From: Macrostomum lignano
Lineage: Eukaryota
Assembly (NCBI GenBank): GCA_002269645.1
Contig: NIVC01001390.1
Coordinates: 124,001 to 188,000 of the forward strand
Direction: 5' to 3'
Length of the DNA stretch: 64,000 nt
Shown: one piece after another, positions 37,835-50,635 of the stretch
Position numbering within the stretch: the first letter of the stretch is position 1
Layout of the letters: every line of letters begins with the position of its first letter
Notes under the pieces: generated by a model
Seen by the model: only the letters and a program-made list of their open reading frames with translations
Told to the model about the DNA's origin: nothing
Databases searched by the model: none
Translations under genes and position numbers: made by a program

Positions 37835-39756
37835 GTGTCTTGCTGTGTCTCCCTGTCTTTTCTCCGTGTCTCCCTGTCTTTTCTCCGTGTCTCCCTGTCT
37901 TTTCTCCGTGTCTCTCTGTCTTTTCTCCGTGTCTCCCTGTCTTTTCTCCGTGTCTCCCTGTCTTTTCTCCGTGTCTCCCTGTCTTTTCTCCGTGTCTCCC
38001 TGTCTTTTCTCTGTCTCTCCCTGTCTTTTCTTTGTCTCTCCCTGTCTTTTCTCTGTCTCTCCCTGTCTTTTCTCTGTCTCTCCCTGTCTTTTCTTTGTCT
38101 CTCCCTGTCTTTTCTCTGTCTCTCCCTGTCTTTTCTCTATCTCTCCCTGTCTTTTCTCTGTCTTTCACTGTCTTTTCTCTGTCTCTTCCTGTGTCTCATC
38201 CATGTCTTTTCTCCGTGTCTCCCTGTGTCTCATCCATGTCTTTTCTCCGTGTCTCCCTGTGTCTCATCCATGTCTTTTCTCCGTGTCTCCCTGTCTTTTC
38301 CCTGTGTCTCCCTGCGTCTCCCTGTCTTTTCCCTGCGTCTCCCTGCGTCTCCCTGCGTCTTCCTGCGTCTCCCTGCGTCTCCCTGCGTCTCCCTGCGTCT
38401 CCCTGCGTCTCCCTGCGTCTCCCTGTCTTTTCCCTGCGTCTCCCTGCGTCTCCCTGCGTCTCCCTGTCTTTTCCCTGCGTCTCCCTGCGTCTCCCTGCGT
38501 CTCCCTGTCTTTTCCCTGCGTCTCCCTGTCTTTTCCCTGCGTCTCCCTGTGTCATCCTGCGTCTCCCTGTGTCACCCTGCGTCTCCCTGCGTCACCCTGC
38601 GTCTCCCTGTGTCACACTGCGTCTCCCTGCGTCTCCCTGCGTCTCCCTGCGTCTCCCTGCGTCTCCCTACGTCTCCCTGTGTTACCCTGCGTCTCCCTGC
38701 GTCTCCCTGCGTCTCCCTGCGTCTCCCTGCGTCTCCCTGTCTTTTCCCTGTGTCTCCCTGTCTCTCCCTGTCTTTTCTCTATCTCTCCCTGTCTTTTCTC
38801 TGTGTCTCCCTGTGTCTCATCCATGTCTTTTCTCTGTGTCTCCCTGTGTCTCATCCATGTCTTTTCTCTGTGTCTCCCTGTGTCTCATCCATGTCTTTTC
38901 TCTGTGTCTCCCTGTGTCTCATCCATGTCTTTTCTCCGTGTCTCCCTGTGTCTCATCCATGTCTTTTCTCCGTGTCTCCCTGTATTTTCCCTGTGTCTCC
39001 CTGCGTCTCCCTGTCTTTTCCCTGCGTCTCCCTGTGTCACCCTGCGTCTCCCTGTCTTTTCCCTGCGTCTCCCTGCGTCTCCCTGCGTCTCCCTGCGTCT
39101 CCCTGCGTCTCCCTGCGTCTCCCTGTGTCACCCTGCGTCTCCCTGCGTCTCCCTGCGTCTCCCTGCGTCTCCCTGCGTCTCCCTGTCTTTTCCCTGCGTC
39201 TCCCTGTGTCACCCTGCGTCTCCCTGTGTCACCCTGCGTCTCCCTGTGTCACCCTGCGTCTCCCTGCGTCTCCCTGCGTCTCCCTGCGTCTCCCTGCGTC
39301 TCCCTGTCTTTTCCCTGCGTCTCCCTGTGTCACCCTGCGTCTCCCTGTGTCACCCTGCGTCTCCCTGCGTCTCCCTGCGTCTCCCTGTCTTTTCCCTGCG
39401 TCTCCCTGTGTCACCCTGCGTCTCCCTGTGTCACCCTGCGTCTCCCTGCGTCTCCCTGCGTCTCCCTGCGTCTCCCTGCGTCTCCCTGTCTTTTCCCTGC
39501 GTCTCCCTGTGTCACCCTGCGTCTCCCTGCGTCTCCCTGCGTCTCCCTGCGTCTCCCTGCGTCTCCCTGTCTTTTCCCTGCGTCTCCCTGTGTCACCCTG
39601 CGTCTCCCTGTGTCACCCTGCGTCTCCCTGCGTCTCCCTGCGTCTCCCTGCGTCTCCCTACGTCTCCCTGCGTCTCCCTGTCTTTTCCCTGTGTCTCCCT
39701 GCGTCTCCCTGCGTCTCCCTGCGTCTCCCTGCGTCTCCCTGTCTTTTCCCTGTGTC
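37835..39756. repeat. Pyrimidine-rich compound minisatellite: 21-mer GTGTCTCCCTGTCTTTTCTCC, ~31-mer variant, 10-mer CCTGCGTCTC
   Basis: Directly visible periodicity; explains the 639-669 aa ORFs. Confidence 0.97.
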
Positions 39757-40060
39757 TAAGAAGTCCGTGATGAGGAACACCTGCCTCTGTTTTCTATCTA
39801 TTTGGGGCTTAAAGCTTTGGTCTTGGGTAGCATCAGTGCAGTAAACAGCGTTGAGTAAACTCACCAAGGTCTTCCAGGTTCTCAGACGCCGTTCGGTGGG
39901 TTTCGAGATCCCCCGACGCTTGAGCTTCTCTCCTGAGTTGCCGCTCTTTTGCCTGGAGTTCCAGGAGCCAGATGCGCCTCTCTGCAGCTTGAATCGCCGC
40001 CTGAACGTCCAGGTCTGACTGACCCTGCCTGCGGTCTCGCCAGGCCGCTCAGAACTGGAC
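39755..40060 (-). pseudogene. Coiled-coil coding relic, possibly ORF1/gag of a DIRS-like element or an orphan exon
   Basis: AAWRDRRQGQSDLDVQAAIQAAERRIWLLELQAKERQLRREAQASGDLETHRTASENLEDL is followed by donor-like gtgagt. The nearby motif VFLITDFL resembles the LLIxDF motif remembered from YR-element ORF1. Confidence 0.3.
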
Positions 40061-40444
40061 AGAGACTGTGTTGCTGCAACTCCCGTGTTTTATAGTTATC
40101 CAGGTGATTTTCATGAGCATTGCCTTCTCTGTTGTGCTTTATTATTAGCAAAGTCAGCTGACTTGGGCCACGAGCTCGAGAAGAAGTGAAAGAAATTGGA
40201 AGCACGGCACCCCAAAAGGCTGGGTGGGTGGGTCAAGCGGCCCACTCTCCGCGAGAAAGGGAGAGAAAGAACAGAGCGAAGATAGCCCAAGCCCATACCG
40301 GCCCTACCCGTTCCTGACGTGTGCAGAGAGTCAAGTAACATTGAGGACCATGCTGATTTTGTTCCCGAACTTAGCGCCTACATCACTGTCAGGGAAGCCT
40401 CTGTCTCTGCGCTCGCCGCCCTATTTCACCTTGAATAAAACAGC

Positions 40445-40768
40445 GGTCAAATTGTCTGGTGGTCAAACTGTCTTCCGGTCAAATTGTCTGGTGGTCAAAC
40501 TGTCTTTTGGCCAAATTATCTAGTAGTCAAACTGTCTTCCGGTCAAATTGTCTGGTGGTCAAACTGTCTTTTGGCCAAATTATCTAGTAGTCAAACTGTC
40601 TTCCGGTCAAATTGTCTGGTGGTCAAACTGTCTGGTGGTCAAACTGTCTTCCGGTCAAATTGTCTGCCAATCAAATTGTCTGCCAATCAAATTGTCTGCC
40701 GGTGAAACTGTCTGCCGGTGAAAGTGTCTGCCGGTGAAATTGTCTGCCGGTCAAACTGTCGTAGACCC
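40445..40768 (-). mobile_element. One end of a MULE-like DNA transposon with ~20 subterminal 16-bp repeats
   Basis: 16-mers TCAAA(T/C)TGTCT... end at GTAGACCC, i.e. terminus GGGTCTAC on the minus strand, as in Muta1-type MULE TIRs with tandem subterminal repeats. No partner end was found. Confidence 0.5.
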
Positions 40769-41619
40769 ATAAACTTTTTCTTCAGCAAACAATGCTGAAG
40801 AAGGAAAGCAAAGGCGCGGCAATGACAAAGGAGACGAATTTATTTTGTAGCACCTAATTTGAAGGTAACTAAAATCGGTTGATTAAAAATATGGATAAAT
40901 TAAGGCAAAGTCAGAACCTAGCAATGGGCTGGGATGCCCCTTCCCCTCGGAGACAGGGAAAGAGTAGGCACAACTAAGGGAGCCAGCCAGAACGGCCCCT
41001 TTCGCTAACCCAGAGTAACTACGCAACTCTCCACTACTTAGCTAGCTGTCAAGTGAATAAGTCAGTAATTTCCAGAATCCAGGCCAGGTTATCATATGAA
41101 TATGCTTACCGACAGAACTACACTTTTTGCTGCACCGGAAGCGGAGCAACGCAAGCACACAAGCGAGCAAAGCGAGGTGGGGAGCAGGTAGGTAACAATT
41201 TTCCGCAGACGGGAGCTAACAATTAAAGCTGAGGGTCAACCAAGGTGATTTTCCAGATGGAGTGAACGGCTGGCACTAAAAGGATCATGTGTTTTATTGA
41301 AACTGCTATTAACCTTACATATAAATATAGAAGAGAAGAGGCGTTGCGGGTTGACAAACAACATGGAAAAATTATTGTGAATTTGCATTATAAACAAACA
41401 AAAGGAACAAAAAACAGACTAATTAATGCATTTTAAGATTCGATCTGAAAGCTACTTAATTATTGATTAGTGTAATACAAAGTCAAGTATTGCTGAATTA
41501 TTTAATTATTTATAATGTGTCAGAAAAATGCTTCAACTTAGCACGGCAGGCAGAGGTGAGTCGGTTCAGGAACTTCAAGACTCCACTTCAAGTGATGTTG
41601 TTGCCCTCATTACCATGCA

Positions 41620-42240
41620 GAGGGAGTCTGAATCCTCGACTTCAATGCTGATTGCAGCGCCTGTGATGTCGATCACACACAGTGTCGTTGATAGAATGAC
41701 GTGGGCCATCTGTGACTACAGTAGGTGACAATTGATTTCTGAAATATGAAGTTTTGTACTTTAAATTGCTCTTAATTCCTAAATATAGTTTCTCATCCTG
41801 CTTCACCATTAGTGGGAGGCCGGCAAATACTGGTGAACATGCATTGCACTACTTGGGAAACTTTGTTCGGGCCCAAGTTTTTCAATGTGATCTCCAATTT
41901 CTTTTTATTAAGATTGCCTACTGAAGAGTAGCAAGAAAAGAGTCTTTTACAAGATAGAACTTCTGTGTGCTGTCACAGGTGAGATCCTCAGCTCAGCGGA
42001 TACGACTAGTTGACAGCGAGTAAAAACATAATTATGAGGAATTGAAACCTAGGGACGCACTGAACGTCTCTTCTAATAGTACTACTAGTAGCTTGAGTAA
42101 CTTTGAGCACTTACCGTTTGAATGAAAGTTCTATAGTTAATGAAAGCACTGAATGACGGTGTCACGATGTCGTCAGCTGCAAAGGATAGTATAAATGATG
42201 CGAACGTTGATTCCTATGCCACGGATCCTATCTTATAAAT
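41620..42240. repeat. Solo, most complete copy of element P, outside the array
   Basis: Contains in order all blocks found in P1-P4, plus the TGACG/CGTCA stem near 42150-42175. Confidence 0.8.
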
Positions 42241-42549
42241 TGTCGTTCATAATCTGAGTTATCTAACAGCAAATTAACAGTTTGTGAGTAGCGAAGCCGA
42301 TGAGTGAATTGATGCAGCTTGGCAGCTGGAAGGCTCGAGAAGGAAGTCGAAGGTTGGTCCATCGGAGAATAGCAAACCTCCGGGTCCTTCGAACTTCAGA
42401 ATAGCAATCCCGTCCTCTTCTGCTCTCTTCTCTTCTCTTATCTCTTATCTCTATTTTCTCCTCCCTCATCTTTCCTCTCCCCTCCCTTCTCTCACATTTC
42501 CCTTCTCCACTCTCCTCTCTTCTTTCCTCTCTTCTCTCCTCTCTTCTCT

Positions 42550-42738
42550 TAATACTAAAGTTGGTGCGTTGTTTGTCTGTTTGTGTGATACACATCTCCT
42601 CCTAGACGACTTGCAAGTCAGCGTTGAAACTTATATGGGAAATATTAATACTAAAGTTGGTGCGTTGTTTGTCTGTTTGTGTGATACACATCTCCTCCTA
42701 GACGACTTGCAAGTCAGCGTTGAAACTTATATGGGAAA
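42550..42738 (+). repeat. 96-bp tandem duplication (two copies), possibly a non-autonomous Helitron-like 5' fragment
   Basis: taatactaaagttggtgcgttgtttgtctgtttgtg... begins at 42550 and 42646, after a CT-rich tract. Confidence 0.8.
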
Positions 42739-43542
42739 ACTGCAAATTTTCCGAGGATGGCAGTGGGCTATTTAAATTTTTTATTTTCAAATTTTAAGAT
42801 CCCTAAAAAAGCAGAAATCGTAGAACAATAGGGGAATATGAACATCTTGCGTAATTTGCAATGATTGCGCCACAACAGCCGGCCTATCTGTGCAGTGTAT
42901 TCTTTCAACTGAAGGGGTGTAAGCTGGGCCGGTTGACATCAATTTTTAGCGATTGCGCCACAACTGTGTGCACTGAGAACTTAACCAAACCCCCCTGTGT
43001 TGAGGGTGCTGGGGCGGCAGTGGAATTCAATGAATAAACTTGCAAGCCTTTTTAGCAGGCAGTGCACGTATGCGTACACTCGATAGTTCAATGCTTTAAA
43101 TTGGGATATTTCAAACGCCAACTGTTCCTCGAGTTTTGAACTCTGAGAGAAGAGACTTATATTGCTGGAAAGATCTTTCAATGCTGACTTCGAGGATATA
43201 AGTTGTTTGCTTTAAATATGAAAGCAAAAAGCAAAGCAAAAGCAAAGACGATATTTCAATACTTTTAACTCTCTGCAAAGATTGTACTCATTTTACGGGT
43301 TCAATGGGGGTTCGACCGACACCCCAACAGTTAGGGGGGGGGGGGTTGAATTTCTAACCTTCACTGCGTATTGGAAGGGGTCGGTCGCTGTGTATTGGAG
43401 GGTTGATTTAGATTGCGCAATTTTTTTTCCTAATTTTACCGAGACTGATACTGAATGACTATGAAATTGGTTGCGCATTCAACTGATTCAATTGGTTCAA
43501 TTTTTTTATCGGCGCCTTTCAACACGCTGCTGTGTGTAGCTC

Positions 43543-43880
43543 TAACCATAACCCTAACCCTAACCCTAACCATTGAATCCTGGGAGTTTATTCCCTTTGA
43601 CGGAGAAAATTTCGATTGAATCCAGTTTCACGGAGGGAATTTCAATGGTTTTCAGTTTCTTGGAGAGGATTTCTGTCTTGCGGAGAGGATTTCGATGGTT
43701 TTCAGTTTCCCGGAGACGATTTCTGTTTCGTGGAGAGAATTTTGATGTATTTCTGTTTTACGGAGACAATTTTGATGGATTTTAGTTTCACGCAGAGGAT
43801 TTCCTTGGAGTTCAGTTTCACGGAGAGGATTTCTGTTTCGCGGAGAGGATTTCCATGGTGTTCAGTTTTGCGGTGAGGAG
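43543..43880. repeat. Short interstitial (TAACCC)n tract followed by a degenerate ~20-31 bp minisatellite (cggagaggatttc...)
   Basis: taaccataaccctaaccctaaccctaacc at 43543-43571, then repeated cagtttcacggagagg units. Confidence 0.7.
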
Positions 43881-43942
43881 TTGGATGATGGGATTCAGTT
43901 GGTGGATTTCAGGGAATGGAATTCCGGTGATGGGAGTTCTTC

Positions 43943-44330
43943 CCCTTTCTCCTCCAGCGGAGGAGTTGGCCTCGTCTCCACTAAAAATGGTCTGTCGGTA
44001 TGTGTGTGTGTGTATGTGTGTGTGTGTGATCGATTTTAGCAAAAACGGCTCAACCGATTTTCTTCGAACTTGCACTGTTCGATCAGAAATTTTCCCGTGA
44101 CAGTACATGCATCGTGGCTAAGAAATTGCTTGATGCTAAAGGGATTAAATATTCGAAAAACATGCTTTTTTGCAAAGGTCAAGCAGCTCTTTCGACTTGA
44201 AATGCATCGTAAGAATGCTAGCAGAAAAACTGACTGGTTGAATTCTGATTCTGAAATAGATTGCATCACAATACACTTTATTTATCGTCTGTGTACTGGC
44301 TGAATTTGACACTCAATTGAATTGCGTCAC
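43943..44330 (+). mobile_element. Helentron/HINE (DINE-1-like) non-autonomous element, 5' part
   Basis: TTT followed by hairpin CTCCTCC-AGC-GGAGGAG, then a ctgtcggt(GT)n microsatellite, then AAACGGCTCAACCGATTTT, the core remembered from HINE/Helitron families. Confidence 0.55.
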
Positions 44331-44526
44331 AGCTTTGAGTGTGAAAGCATAGCGCAGTACTGAATTTATATTACGTAACCATATTGTAAACTTTCATAGA
44401 CACTGGTACTGACTTGCCTAAGAAATTAATTATGTCATAACTGCTTCGTGAGACTTTTTACTCTACCTGACTTGGTGTGAGTGTTGAATTATATAAGTGG
44501 TACAACATCACTGATAACTTCGATGA

Positions 44527-44590
44527 GAGCTAGCCTAGAGCTGAACAGACCAGACTGCTAATGCAGCGACCTAGGTTCGAATCTAAGTAG
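44527..44590 (+). mobile_element. tRNA-derived SINE head or tRNA pseudogene (Ser-GCT-like loop)
   Basis: A-box-like TAGCCTAGAGCTG, loop GACTGCTAAT and B-box GGTTCGAATC. No full cloverleaf. Confidence 0.45.
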
Positions 44591-44654
44591 TTTAAAAGTA
44601 GTAGTGTAAATTTTTTTATTAAAAGGTTTTATTAAAGGACTAAATAAAAACACT

Positions 44655-47135
44655 TAGATTACTGCACTCGATAAGCCAAGGATTATTGCTATTAATAAAC
44701 CAAGGACTACTGCACTCGATAAACCAAGGACTATTGCTCTTGGCAAACCAAGGATTACTGCACTCAAGAAGCCAAGGATTATTGCTATTAATAAACCAAG
44801 GATTACTGCACTTGGAAAATCAAGGATTACTGCACTCGATAAACCAAGGACTATTGCTCTTGGCAAACCAAGGATTACTGCACTCAAGAAGCCAAGGATT
44901 ATTGCACTTGGAAAACCAAGGATTACTGCACTCGATAAACCAAGGACTATTGCTCTTGGCAAACCAAGGATTACTGCACTCAAGAAGCCAAGGATTATTG
45001 CTATTAATAAACCAAGGATTACTGCACTTGGAAAACCAAGGATTACTGCACTCGATAAACCAAGGACTATTGCTCTTGGCAAACCAAGGATTACTGCACT
45101 CAAGAAGCCAAGGATTATTGCACTTGGAAAACCAAGGATTACTGCACTCGATAAACCAAGGACTATTGCACTTGATAAACCAAGGAATATTGCACTTGAT
45201 AGGCCAAGGATTACTGCACTTGATAAACCAAGGATTATTGCACTTGATAGGCCAAAGATTACTGCGCTTGATAAACCAAGGATTATTGCACTTGATAAAC
45301 CAAGGATTATTGCACTTGATAAGCCAAGGATTACTGCGCTTGATAAACCAAGGATTATTGCACTTGATAAACAAAGGATTATTGCACTTGATAAACAAAG
45401 GATTATTGCACTTGATAAACAAAGGATTATTGCACTTGATAAACCAAGGATTATTGCACTTGATAAGCCAAGGATTATTGCACTTGATAAGCCATGGATT
45501 ATTGCACTTGATAGTAAAGAATGTTGCACTTGATAAGCCAAGGATTAATGCACTGGATTATTCAAGGATTATTGATATTAATAAACCAAGGACTACTCCA
45601 CTCGATAAACCAAGGATTATTGCTCTTAATAAACCAAGGATTACTGCACTTGGAAAACTAAGGATTACTGCACTCGATAAACCAAAGACTATTGCACTTG
45701 ATAAACCAAGGATTATTGCACTTGATAGGCCAAGGATTACTGCACTTGATAAACCAAGGATTATTGCACTTGATAGGCCAAAAATTACTGCGCTTGATAA
45801 ACCAAGGATTATTGCACTTGATAAACCAAGGATTATTGCACTTGATAAGCCAAGGATTATTGCACTTGATAAACCAATGATTATTGCAGTTGATAAGCCA
45901 AGGATTATTGCATCTGATAAACCAAAGATTATTGCACTTGATAAACCAAGGATTATTGCACTTGATAAACAAAGGATTATTGCACTTGATAGGCCAAAGA
46001 TTACTGCGCTTGATAAACCAAGGATTATTGCACTTGATAAACCAAGGATTATTGCACTTGATAAGCCAAGGATTATTGCACTTGATAAACCAAGGATTAT
46101 TGCAGTTGATAAGCCAAAAATTATTGCATCTGATAAACCAAGGATTATTGCACTTGATAAACCAAGGATTATTGCACTTGATAAACCAAGGATTATTGCA
46201 CTTGATAAACCAAGGATTATTGCTCTTGGCAAACCAAGGATTACTGCACTCGATAAGCCAAGGATTATTGCTCTTAATAAACCAAGGATTACTGCACTTG
46301 GAAAACTAAGGATTACTGCACTCGATAAACTAAGGATTATTGCTCTTGGCAAACCAAGGATTATTGCACTTGATAGGCCAAGGATTACTGCACTTGATAA
46401 ACCAAGGATTATTGCACTTGATAAACCAAGGATTATTGCACTTGATAAGCCAAGGATTATTGCACTTGATAGGCCAAGGATTACTGCGCTTGATAAACCA
46501 AGGATTATTGCACTTGATAAACCAAGGATTATTGCAGTTGATAAGCCAAGGATTATTGCACTTGATAAACCAAGGATTATTACACTTGATAAACCAAGGA
46601 TTATTGCACTTGATAAACCAAGGATTATTGCACTTGATAGGCCAAGGATTACTGCACTTGATAAACCAAGGATTATTGCACTTGATAGGCCAAAAATTAC
46701 TGCGCTTGATAAACCAAGGATTATTGCAGTTGATAAGCCAAGGATTATTGCACTTGATAAACCAAGGATTATTTCACTTGATAAACCAAGGATTATTGCA
46801 CTTGATAAACAAATATTGCACTTGATAAACCAAGGATTATTGCACCTGATAAGCCAAGGATTACTGCGCTAGATAAACCAAGGATTATTGCACTTAATAA
46901 ACCAAGGATTATTGCACTTAATAAACCAAGGATTATTGCACTTGATAAACCAAGGATTATTGCACTTGATAAACAAAGGATTATTGCACTTGATAAACCA
47001 AGGATTATTGCACTTTATAAGCCAAAGATTACTGCACTTGATAAACCAAGGATTATTGCACTTGATAAACCAAGGATTATTGCACTTGATTAATCAAGGA
47101 TTATTGCTATTAATAAACCAAGGATTATTGCACTA
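44655..47135. repeat. 24-bp minisatellite CCAAGGATTATTGCACTTGATAAA, ~100 copies, one irregular break near 45510-45580
   Basis: Visible period; gives the LLHLINQG / IALDKPRI pseudo-ORFs. Confidence 0.97.
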
Positions 47136-47264
47136 GCTGAGAAGCTGATTACTGCGCTGTCTAAAAAAGAGATTATTGCGCTCGCTGAGACGTGGATTGT
47201 TGCACAACCTGAGAAAGCGATTATTGCATTAGCGGAAGTAACATTTGCACTAGCTACTTGCTGT

Positions 47265-47830
47265 CTCGTGGATGCTTGCTCTCGAGGGGGGATACTTGCT
47301 ATTTGGGAGAGGGGGTACTGGCTACATGCATGGGATTCTTTCTATCCAGGGATGCTTGCTATTCAGGGATTCTTGCTATCTGCAGGATGCTTGCTATTTA
47401 GGGATTCTTGCTATCTGCAGGATGCTTGCTATCTGGGTGGATGCTTCTATAATATCTGGGGGGTGCTTGCTATCTGCAGAATGCTTCTATAATATCTGGG
47501 GGTGCTGGCTATCTGCAGAATGCTTCTATAATATCTGGGGGTGCTTGCTATCTGCAGAATGCTTGCTATTTAGGGATTCTTGCTATCTGCAGGATGCTTG
47601 CTATCTGGGTGGATGCTTCTATAATATCTGGGGGGTGCTTGCTATCTGCAGAATGCTTCTATAATATCTGGGGGTGCTTGCTATCTGCAGAATGCTTGCT
47701 ATCTGGGTGGATGCTTCTATAATATCTGGGGGGTGCTTGCTAATCTGCAGATGCTTGCTATCTGTGGTGATTCTTGCTATGAGCATTAGAGGATGCTTGC
47801 TATCTGCGATTGTTCACTTTTGGAGGGGGT
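47265..47830. repeat. Compound minisatellite (atgcttgctatctgcag / atgcttctataatatctgggggtg units)
   Basis: Direct repeats visible. Confidence 0.9.
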
Positions 47831-48084
47831 TGCTTGCTGTCTTGGGAATATTTTCTATTTAGGGAAACGATATTTTGTTGACTGTTTGTTAATTTTAGAG
47901 AAAAAGTGATTTTTTAATTTTGCAAACATCTTAGTCCGTGACAATTTTACACGAATAAGGTGATTTTTTAAATGTGAAGAAGGAATTAGTGTTTAAGAAA
48001 ATGTGTTTTGTTATTGTTTTCCATGAACTATTTTTGCTCCTTTCTTATTGGGCGCCCCGAAGGGGGGCCGCACTAGATTGCTTA

Positions 48085-48365
48085 CTATCCTCTCCTCTCT
48101 CTTCTCTCCTCTCCTCTCGTCTCTTTTCTCCTCTTTTCTTTTCTCTCTTCTCTCCTCTCATCTCTCGTCTTTTCTCGCCTCTTCCTTCTCAGCTCATCTC
48201 CTTTCCCCACTTTCTCCTCTCCTCTCTTATCATATCCTCTCCTCTCCCTTCTCTTTTCCCTTCTCCTCTATTTTCTATTTCAGATCGCCACTCTTCCCCT
48301 TTATTTCTTATTCTCTCCTTTCTCCCATCTCTCTTATCTCTTCTGTACTCTCTCTCCTCTCTTCC
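48085..48365. repeat. CT-rich low-complexity tract
   Basis: Almost pure pyrimidine on the + strand; similar tract at 42415-42550. Confidence 0.85.
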
Positions 48366-49995
48366 ATCATCTGGCTCGCAGTCATGCGCTGGGTTCTCTA
48401 GCTGGTCCTAAAGGTAAAAAAGGTTTTCCCTGTTCTAGGAAACGTTGAGTCCACGGCTTCCACGGCTTCTAAAAATAGCACTCCTTAAAACTGAATGAAA
48501 TTAAGAGGCGTCCATACGCTTGACGAATAACTTCTGCCACACCCTTGCACTTTGGTATTGTACTTTTCATGAATAAAAACCCTAAAAACTGTACTTGTTG
48601 AATTTCTATTTTTGGCACTGTCAGAATGTGTTTCTGTGCATGCACATTTATAGCTGTGAAAACAATAGAAAATTTTATTTAACTGCCAGAAAGCACTAAC
48701 CACACTGTATTTGGAGGAAATTCCACAGTACTACAGTACATGTACCGACCTCTCTACCCGTAACATATTTTATTATATGACCCCGTTCAAGTCTGAGTGC
48801 TGCAGACTGTGTAAAAATGCATACGCACAATTACACACTCATTACCCTCAAATACATGTATCATATAGACCTCTTGACTTTTCCAAGCTATGATTATGAA
48901 TTTAACAGTACAGCCGATAAGATTAAGAGTTCAATAATTACGGTACGTAGTTTTGAATGAAACTTCATGTACAGTGTAGTTAGAAAAAACGAACTGATTA
49001 CCTGTACATGAAATCAACAATGTGCAACTATCTAGAAGTCCATGCAACTTCGGTTGACTTCACAGAGTATTGAAAGAGAATTTGCTTGAACCTTTTGTCA
49101 TATACTGTATAGTACGAACTATTATGTACGGCTAGTTAATACATATTAATCTCGAAGTCAAATTGATCTATCATCAATTATCTTCCATTCAAGGATTATT
49201 AAAGCTGGACGAGGAAACTGTCATTTTTTGGAAAATTCATATAGCTTTTCATATTTTCAGCACAAAAATGTTTTTGCTTTTGATAAGAGGCAGAAGAATC
49301 GAATATGCAATATTTATCTTTTGATTTGATGACATGCCTTTCTTATAGCTCTATTGATATTCTTAAGGATTTTCGTTTAAAAAATTATGCGTCGTATATT
49401 TTAACATTCTTAACTGACTGTGTAACAGAATATGTAACAGGGGGATTGATGAAATAGATTCATAACATCAATTAGTTGAGCTGTGCCATGCAATTTTAAA
49501 ATGATTTTTAGGTGCGATGTGTGATTTGCCTAAGTTTTGAGCTCAGCTTCACGTCCTAACTTGGTTGTGCATTGAAAAGTGTTGAGTAAACGGCAATGCA
49601 CTACTGTGTTCTAATAGGATTTTTTTATTGCTGGATTTCATTTCCCCATCAACACTGCACAAAAATAAAAAGAGTTTACAAAAATATTTTATCATCAATT
49701 AAGTTACTTCTTCAATTCATTGAAGCTTGAGAAACTTTCAAAAAATATCACTAGCAAAAACTGCTAATTTATATATATATATATATATTGTATCATATAT
49801 AAAACATGAATTATAATAAAAATAGAATATAAAATTATATTTTTGTACAGACATTTCAATAAAAATTTACATCCTGCACACAATTAAATTCGCACCAAAA
49901 GACAGATGAAGGCACTGGCGAAAAAAACTTCAGCATGTTAACAAATGTAAAATGCAAACTTGTTAAGTCTTTGTCCTTTACAATCTGAAATCTGA

Positions 49996-50590
49996 AACTG
50001 AGGATCTGGGAGGCTGGTGGCCCAGCAACCGAGGATCTGGGAGGCTGGTGGCCCAGCAACTGAGGATCTGGGAGGCTGGTGGCCCAGCAACTGAGGATCT
50101 GGGAGGCTGGCCCAGCAACTGAGGATCTGGGAGGCTGGCCCAGCAACTGAGGATCTGGGAGGCTGGCCCAGCAATTGAGGATCTGGGAGGCTGGCCCAGC
50201 AATTGAGGATCTGGGAGGCTGGTGGCCCAGCAACTGAGGATCTGGGAGGCTGGTGGCCCAGCAACTGAGGACTTGGGAGGCTGTTGGCCCAGCAACTGAG
50301 GATCTGGGAGGCTGGTGGCCCAGCAACTGAGGATCTGGGAGGCTGGCCCAGCAATTGAGGATCTGGGAGGCTGGTGGCCCAGCAACTGAGGATCTGGGAG
50401 GCTGGTGGCCCAGCAACTGAGGATCTGGGAGGCTGGTGGCCCAGCAACTGAGGACTTGGGAGGCTGCTGGCCCAGCAACTGAGGATCTGGGAGGCTGGTG
50501 GCCCAGCAACTGAGGATCTGGGAGGCTGGTGGCCCAGCAACTGAGGATTTGGGAGGCTGGTGGCCCAGCAACTGGGGATCTGGGAGAGGT
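49996..50590. repeat. 31/28-bp minisatellite ACTGAGGATCTGGGAGGCT(GGT)GGCCCAGCA, ~20 copies, just 3' of the IAP stop codon
   Basis: Visible period with a 3-nt length polymorphism. Confidence 0.95.
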
Positions 50591-50635
50591 CACAGTGACC
50601 CAAAAATAATTAAACCCATGTGGCCGCAGTCCACC

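Noticed and set aside
37835-39844. 639-669 aa ORFs in three frames
   Set aside because: They are translations of a stop-free 10/21-bp satellite; open in all frames and non-informative.
43543-43571. True telomere
   Set aside because: Only about four repeats, internal and embedded in TE-like sequence.
44686-46872. 728-aa ORF with LLHLINQG / IALDKPRI repeats (LRR-like look)
   Set aside because: Pure 24-bp satellite; the reading switches register and other frames are equally open; no splice or start context.
49856-50603. Pro/Ser-rich ORFs downstream of the IAP RING, and an alternative spliced IAP C-terminus
   Set aside because: 31/28-bp repeat. The unspliced RING already has the normal IAP tail length.
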